This document shows, in pieces, positions 25,555 to 29,459 of a stretch of DNA of 29,459 nucleotides (positions are counted from its first letter, which is position 1; each line of letters opens with the position of its first letter). Origin of the DNA: Minisyncoccota bacterium (lineage in GTDB: Bacteria; Patescibacteriota; Minisyncoccia; Phycocordibacterales; UBA9973). Location of the stretch: positions 1 through 29,459 of the forward strand of contig DATHJV010000093.1 of assembly GCA_035489645.1 (NCBI GenBank), written 5' to 3'. The position numbers and the translations under genes are program-made. The notes under the pieces are model-generated. The model worked only from the letters and a program-made list of their open reading frames with translations, was not told where the DNA came from and searched no databases.

Positions 25555-26568
25555 TTATTTCTTACTTAAAACAGTATTCTTATACACGTCGAGGTGATCC
25601 AGCGCTACTCCCGTGCCTTTCACTACGCAAAAAAGCGGATCTTCAGCCATCGTTGCCTTGACTCCCGTTTTACGATAAACCAGATCAGTAAAACCCCGTA
25701 GTTGAGACGACCCTCCGGTCATTATTATACCCCGATCGATGATATCGGAAGCGAGTTCCGGCGGTGTCTCCTGCAACACATCCTTGATGGCTTTTATAAT
25801 TTGTTTTAATTCACCGTCTATCGCTTTTACTATTTCATTCGTTCCAACCCGCGCAGAGCGAGGTAATCCCTGAATAAAATCCCTGCCTTTAATTGTGACA
25901 GAGAGTTCCTCCTCCAGAAAAACAGCGGCGCCGATCTTTATTTTTACTTCTTCAGCTGTCCGGTCGCCGATGGCTAAATTAAAAGTTTTTTTGATATAAT
26001 CAGCAATCGCTTGGTCAATTTTATTTCCAGCGCATTTAACCGAAGTGGAAGAAACAATTCCGCCAAGTGATATGACCGCCACATCGGTAGTGCCGCCGCC
26101 AATGTCCACTATCATATAGCCTCTTGATTCATTAATTGGAACGCCGGCGCCGATGGCGGCGAGGATGGGCTCTTTTACCACATAAGCATTTTTTGCACCG
26201 GCCCGTAAGGTTGCCTCGATGACGGCCCGTCTCTCTGTACTCGTGACGCCCGCGGGCACGGAAACCATCACATCCGGTTTAAAAAAATTAAACCGTCCCA
26301 TTGCTTTATTTATAAAGTAGCGCAGCATCGCTTCGGTTACACGATAATCCGCAATCACTCCATCTTTCATCGGGCAGTATGTGACAATCGATTCCGGAGT
26401 TTTTCCAATCATATCTTTGGCCTCAAAACCGATTGCCAAAATCTTATTATCTTGCTCGGATATCGCTACGACGGAAGGCTCGTTTAAGACAATTCCCTTG
26501 CCTGGCAAAAACACGAGAGTATTTGCCGTTCCCAAATCTATACCTAATTTCTTAGTAAAAATACCCAT
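25555..26568 (-). CDS. mreB: Rod shape-determining protein MreB/Mbl
   Basis: GIDLGTANT, EPSVVA, PMKDGVIAD, VDIGGGTTD, LTGG-like MTGGSS. Start placed at MGIFTKK (26568). Confidence 0.96.
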   Translation of the reverse strand: MGIFTKKLGIDLGTANTLVFLPGKGIVLNEPSVVAISEQDNKILAIGFEAKDMIGKTPESIVTYCPMKDGVIADYRVTEAMLRYFINKAMGRFNFFKPDVMVSVPAGVTSTERRAVIEATLRAGAKNAYVVKEPILAAIGAGVPINESRGYMIVDIGGGTTDVAVISLGGIVSSTSVKCAGNKIDQAIADYIKKTFNLAIGDRTAEEVKIKIGAAVFLEEELSVTIKGRDFIQGLPRSARVGTNEIVKAIDGELKQIIKAIKDVLQETPPELASDIIDRGIIMTGGSSQLRGFTDLVYRKTGVKATMAEDPLFCVVKGTGVALDHLDVYKNTVLSKK

Positions 26569-26606
26569 TCTGTCAATATATCTCATATCTGTGATAAAAT
26601 CAAAGG

Positions 26607-26927
26607 ATGAACGATAAAGAGCACCGGTTAGAAAACCCATTTAAGGGATACCTGGCAAAATTACAAAAACATAAATCCGCCGTCAATCCGGTACATGAAA
26701 TTGTCAATTGCTACTACCGGATGAATGGCTTCGAAAAAATGCCAAAGGAATTTTATACCGGCAGATACGCCTACAATAAGCTCGCCAAAGAAGCGAAAAT
26801 GCTTTTCGAGGCCTGCAACGAAGTTTTAGACGACTCTATTTGGGTGCTGGATAAAATGAAATACTTAGCAGATAAAGGAGGCTTTGACTGGTCCATAATT
26901 ACGTGTTTAAAACATAAATTGACATAG
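26607..26927 (+). CDS. Hypothetical protein divergent from mreB
   Basis: 106-aa ATG ORF with TGa-TAAAAT (26592-26600) 6 nt before the start. Confidence 0.75.
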   Translation: MNDKEHRLENPFKGYLAKLQKHKSAVNPVHEIVNCYYRMNGFEKMPKEFYTGRYAYNKLAKEAKMLFEACNEVLDDSIWVLDKMKYLADKGGFDWSIITCLKHKLT

Positions 26928-26977
26928 CCTATTGCAAAAATTTTTAATATAGATTATATTTTTTACTAACAAAAGGA
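26928..26977 (+). repeat. Promoter/RBS block, copy 1
   Basis: 49 of 50 nt identical to 27281-27330. Contains TTGCAA-17-TATATT and AAGGA. Confidence 0.9.
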
Positions 26978-26984
26978 GAAATGT

Positions 26985-27188
26985 ATGGCAAAAAAAATAA
27001 GTTCGTTCTTTCCCTCACCAGGAGAAGACTCGGAGGCAAGCTCTCGTCTATATAAAAACATAGAGCTGCTCGTCGCGGCTCAGGAACATGAGATAAGAGC
27101 CCGCAAAAAAGAGGTAGTTTCCGCAGTAAGAAATGCTTTACTCAATCCACAACCACCCCGCACACCTCACAGTTTCGAAAACAAGTAG
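26985..27188 (+). CDS. Small hypothetical protein, paralog 1
   Basis: 67 aa with AAGGAG upstream. Shares VAAQExEIRAR and PHSxExK with 27336..27542. Confidence 0.8.
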   Translation: MAKKISSFFPSPGEDSEASSRLYKNIELLVAAQEHEIRARKKEVVSAVRNALLNPQPPRTPHSFENK

Positions 27189-27214
27189 GCGCATGCGGAT
27201 GGTCAAAAAAAAAG

Positions 27215-27249
27215 GGGCGCACTCGTAAGAGTGTGCCCTGACTTTTTTT
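27215..27249 (+). terminator. Intrinsic terminator, copy 1 (bidirectional-type)
   Basis: GGGCGCACTC-GTAA-GAGTGTGCCC, with an A tract before and a T tract after. Confidence 0.85.
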
Positions 27250-27280
27250 TATTATCAGTTTGAGGCACATATTAACATAT

Positions 27281-27330
27281 CCTATTGCAAAAATTTTTAA
27301 TTTAGATTATATTTTTTACTAACAAAAGGA
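27281..27330 (+). repeat. Promoter/RBS block, copy 2
   Basis: 49 of 50 nt identical to 26928-26977. Confidence 0.9.
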
Positions 27331-27335
27331 TATTT

Positions 27336-27542
27336 ATGGAAAAAAAAAGTAAATGGTTCTTCCCACAAACAGACTCGGAGACAAACACTTCCCGACCTAT
27401 CCCAATCGAAGAGTTCGTCGCGGCTCAGGAACGAGAGATCAGGGCTCGGGAAGCGGAAATAGTTGCCGCTATGACAGATAATTATCACAAACGAGGAGCC
27501 CGTCCACCAGAGCGCATACCTCACAGTCTCGAGTACAAATAA
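27336..27542 (+). CDS. Small hypothetical protein, paralog 2
   Basis: 68 aa, homologous to 26985..27188. Confidence 0.8.
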   Translation: MEKKSKWFFPQTDSETNTSRPIPIEEFVAAQEREIRAREAEIVAAMTDNYHKRGARPPERIPHSLEYK

Positions 27543-27567
27543 CCTCATTCATCTGGGGTCAAAAAAG

Positions 27568-27600
27568 GGGCGCACTCGTAAGGTGTGCCCTAGATTTTTT
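27568..27600. terminator. Intrinsic terminator, copy 2 (shared with convergent rsmI)
   Basis: GGGCGCAC-TCGTAAG-GTGTGCCC with A6 before and a T run after. Confidence 0.8.
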
Positions 27601-28285
27601 ATGAAACGATAACTGTAAACTCACCTCTCTCCTTTTCTGGATTTTTATTAAAATATTCTAAAACTTCGGCTGGACTTCCAGTTTTAAATTCTTCATAAAT
27701 TTTTGTCATTTCTCTCGCAATAAAGACTTTTTTATTTGGACAAAATTTAGCAAGAGATTCAAGAGTTTTTAAAATTCGATGGGGCGATTCGTAAAACACA
27801 AAAGTTCTTTTCGATGAAGCAATTTCTTTAAATAAGGTTTCCCTGCCCTTTTTGTGCGGCAAGAATCCAAGAAAAGTAAATTCGTGTGTCGGTAGCCCCG
27901 AAACAGAAAGCGCAGCTATAACGGCTGAAGGACCGGGAATGGGAATTACTTGCACATTTACGCTATCGCGTAAATGTGTATTGTTCTTTATCTGTGAAAT
28001 CAGTAGTGCTCCCGGATCAGAAATTCCCGGCGTACCTGCGTCTGATACTAGAGCTAGATTTTTACCATCTTCTAATAATTCGAAAATTTTATCAACTTTT
28101 GCCTGCTTGCTCTGAGCATGATAGCTCAACATTGGCTTGTTGATATTGTATTTTTCCAAAATTTTTTTAGTCTCGCGAGTGTCTTCACATAAAATAATAT
28201 CTACATCTTTAAGTATCTCGATAGCTCGTATAGTTATATCTCCCATATTTCCTATCGGCGTCGCCACCACATAAAATTTTGACAT
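27599..28285 (-). CDS. rsmI: 16S rRNA (cytidine1402-2'-O)-methyltransferase
   Basis: VVATPIGNMGDIT, CEDTR, LVSDAGTPGISDPG, PGPSA, FYESPHR, REMTKIYEE. Confidence 0.97.
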   Translation of the reverse strand: MSKFYVVATPIGNMGDITIRAIEILKDVDIILCEDTRETKKILEKYNINKPMLSYHAQSKQAKVDKIFELLEDGKNLALVSDAGTPGISDPGALLISQIKNNTHLRDSVNVQVIPIPGPSAVIAALSVSGLPTHEFTFLGFLPHKKGRETLFKEIASSKRTFVFYESPHRILKTLESLAKFCPNKKVFIAREMTKIYEEFKTGSPAEVLEYFNKNPEKERGEFTVIVS

Positions 28286-28387
28286 ATTATATTTAGTTCT
28301 CTGAAAAGATTTTTAAGAAACGTGTGGGTTCCCTGTCCTTATGACCTCGAGGGCGCAGTTTCAAGAAAATTTTTTTAGAGAACTTTG

Positions 28388-28834
28388 TTATTTCCGATAC
28401 TTCTTTGTCCTCCATTTGTCCGCGATTTTTACACGCGTAAGTGAGCGCTCAAGTTCTGATTCAAAATGCTCAAAGTCCACGTGATCCTTGTTTTCCATTT
28501 GTTTTTTTAGTTCTTCGGAGCGAGCCCTGGCTTGAGCTATCTTTTCATCGGATAGTTCTTTTACATGCTCGGCAAAATCGGCCAGCACGGCAACTTCCGT
28601 ATTTCCCTCTTCATTTTTTTTTACTTCTAAAAAACCACCGACTACAGCCATTGGTATATGTTCAACATTTGTAACAGCCACGACATCGCCGGATTTGAGC
28701 CCAGCGATAAGAGGAATATGGTCGGGCAAAATGGTAATCTCGCCTTCCGTTGTTGGTAATGTCACTTGATCTACCATTTCTTCCAAAACGAGACGCTCCG
28801 GGGTGACTATTTTTAATTTTAATTGTTTTACCAT
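28388..28834 (-). CDS. atpC: ATP synthase F1 epsilon subunit
   Basis: LKIVTPER, GEITILPDHIPLI, VVGGFLEV. Located directly after atpD. Confidence 0.95.
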   Translation of the reverse strand: MVKQLKLKIVTPERLVLEEMVDQVTLPTTEGEITILPDHIPLIAGLKSGDVVAVTNVEHIPMAVVGGFLEVKKNEEGNTEVAVLADFAEHVKELSDEKIAQARARSEELKKQMENKDHVDFEHFESELERSLTRVKIADKWRTKKYRK

Positions 28835-28954
28835 ATTCTAATTTTAAAATCTGGAATAATGCTTTTAAAAATCGTACGGAGGCCGACGGGCCGAAGTCTT
28901 AGCAAAAATTCAGCAGAATTTTATGCGGGTTTTTAAAAGTATTTATTTTAGATT

Positions 28955-29458
<504 letters not shown>

Positions 29459-29459
29459 A

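Noticed and set aside
26569-26640. Extended mreB start at 26640
   Set aside because: It overlaps the divergent gene and both promoters. MreB homology begins at MGIFTKK.
28321-28954. GC-richer intergenic patches near atpC/atpD (also 4995-5030) as ncRNAs
   Set aside because: I could not find convincing stems or second copies within the window.

Overview
This looks like a compact low-GC bacterial chromosome segment, most consistent with CPR/Patescibacteria (Parcubacteria-like; inferred from gene content, the XRE-MurA fusion, few Shine-Dalgarno sites and leaderless-type promoters). It uses genetic code 11. The left flank has a partial histidine kinase, three secreted or surface hypotheticals, XRE-murA, miaA, a 4-TM holin-like gene and a NUDIX gene. 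The right flank is housekeeping: tRNA-Trp, rpmG, alr, ddl, an M24 peptidase, rseP, an S51 peptidase, frr, a holB-like gene, mreB, rsmI, atpC and partial atpD. Between them is an approximately 11.8-kb element (7083..18871) bounded by a 7-bp direct repeat TGCGGGC and integrated at the 3' end of tRNA-Trp(CCA). It carries a large serine recombinase, a 50-aa ORF, a terminase-small-like HTH, an MCM-like ATPase, two structured RNA leaders, a five-gene membrane/J-domain/TPR/type IIG RM/TPR cluster and an ImmA/IrrE peptidase with a membrane partner. The main finding is that the att core lies inside the recombinase gene. In the integrated state the last 35 residues are read from the antisense strand of the tRNA and its promoter. 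A different in-frame 27-codon tail sits at the far left end of the element and would be rejoined on excision. All coordinates and pairings were read by hand; no database searches or folding programs were run.
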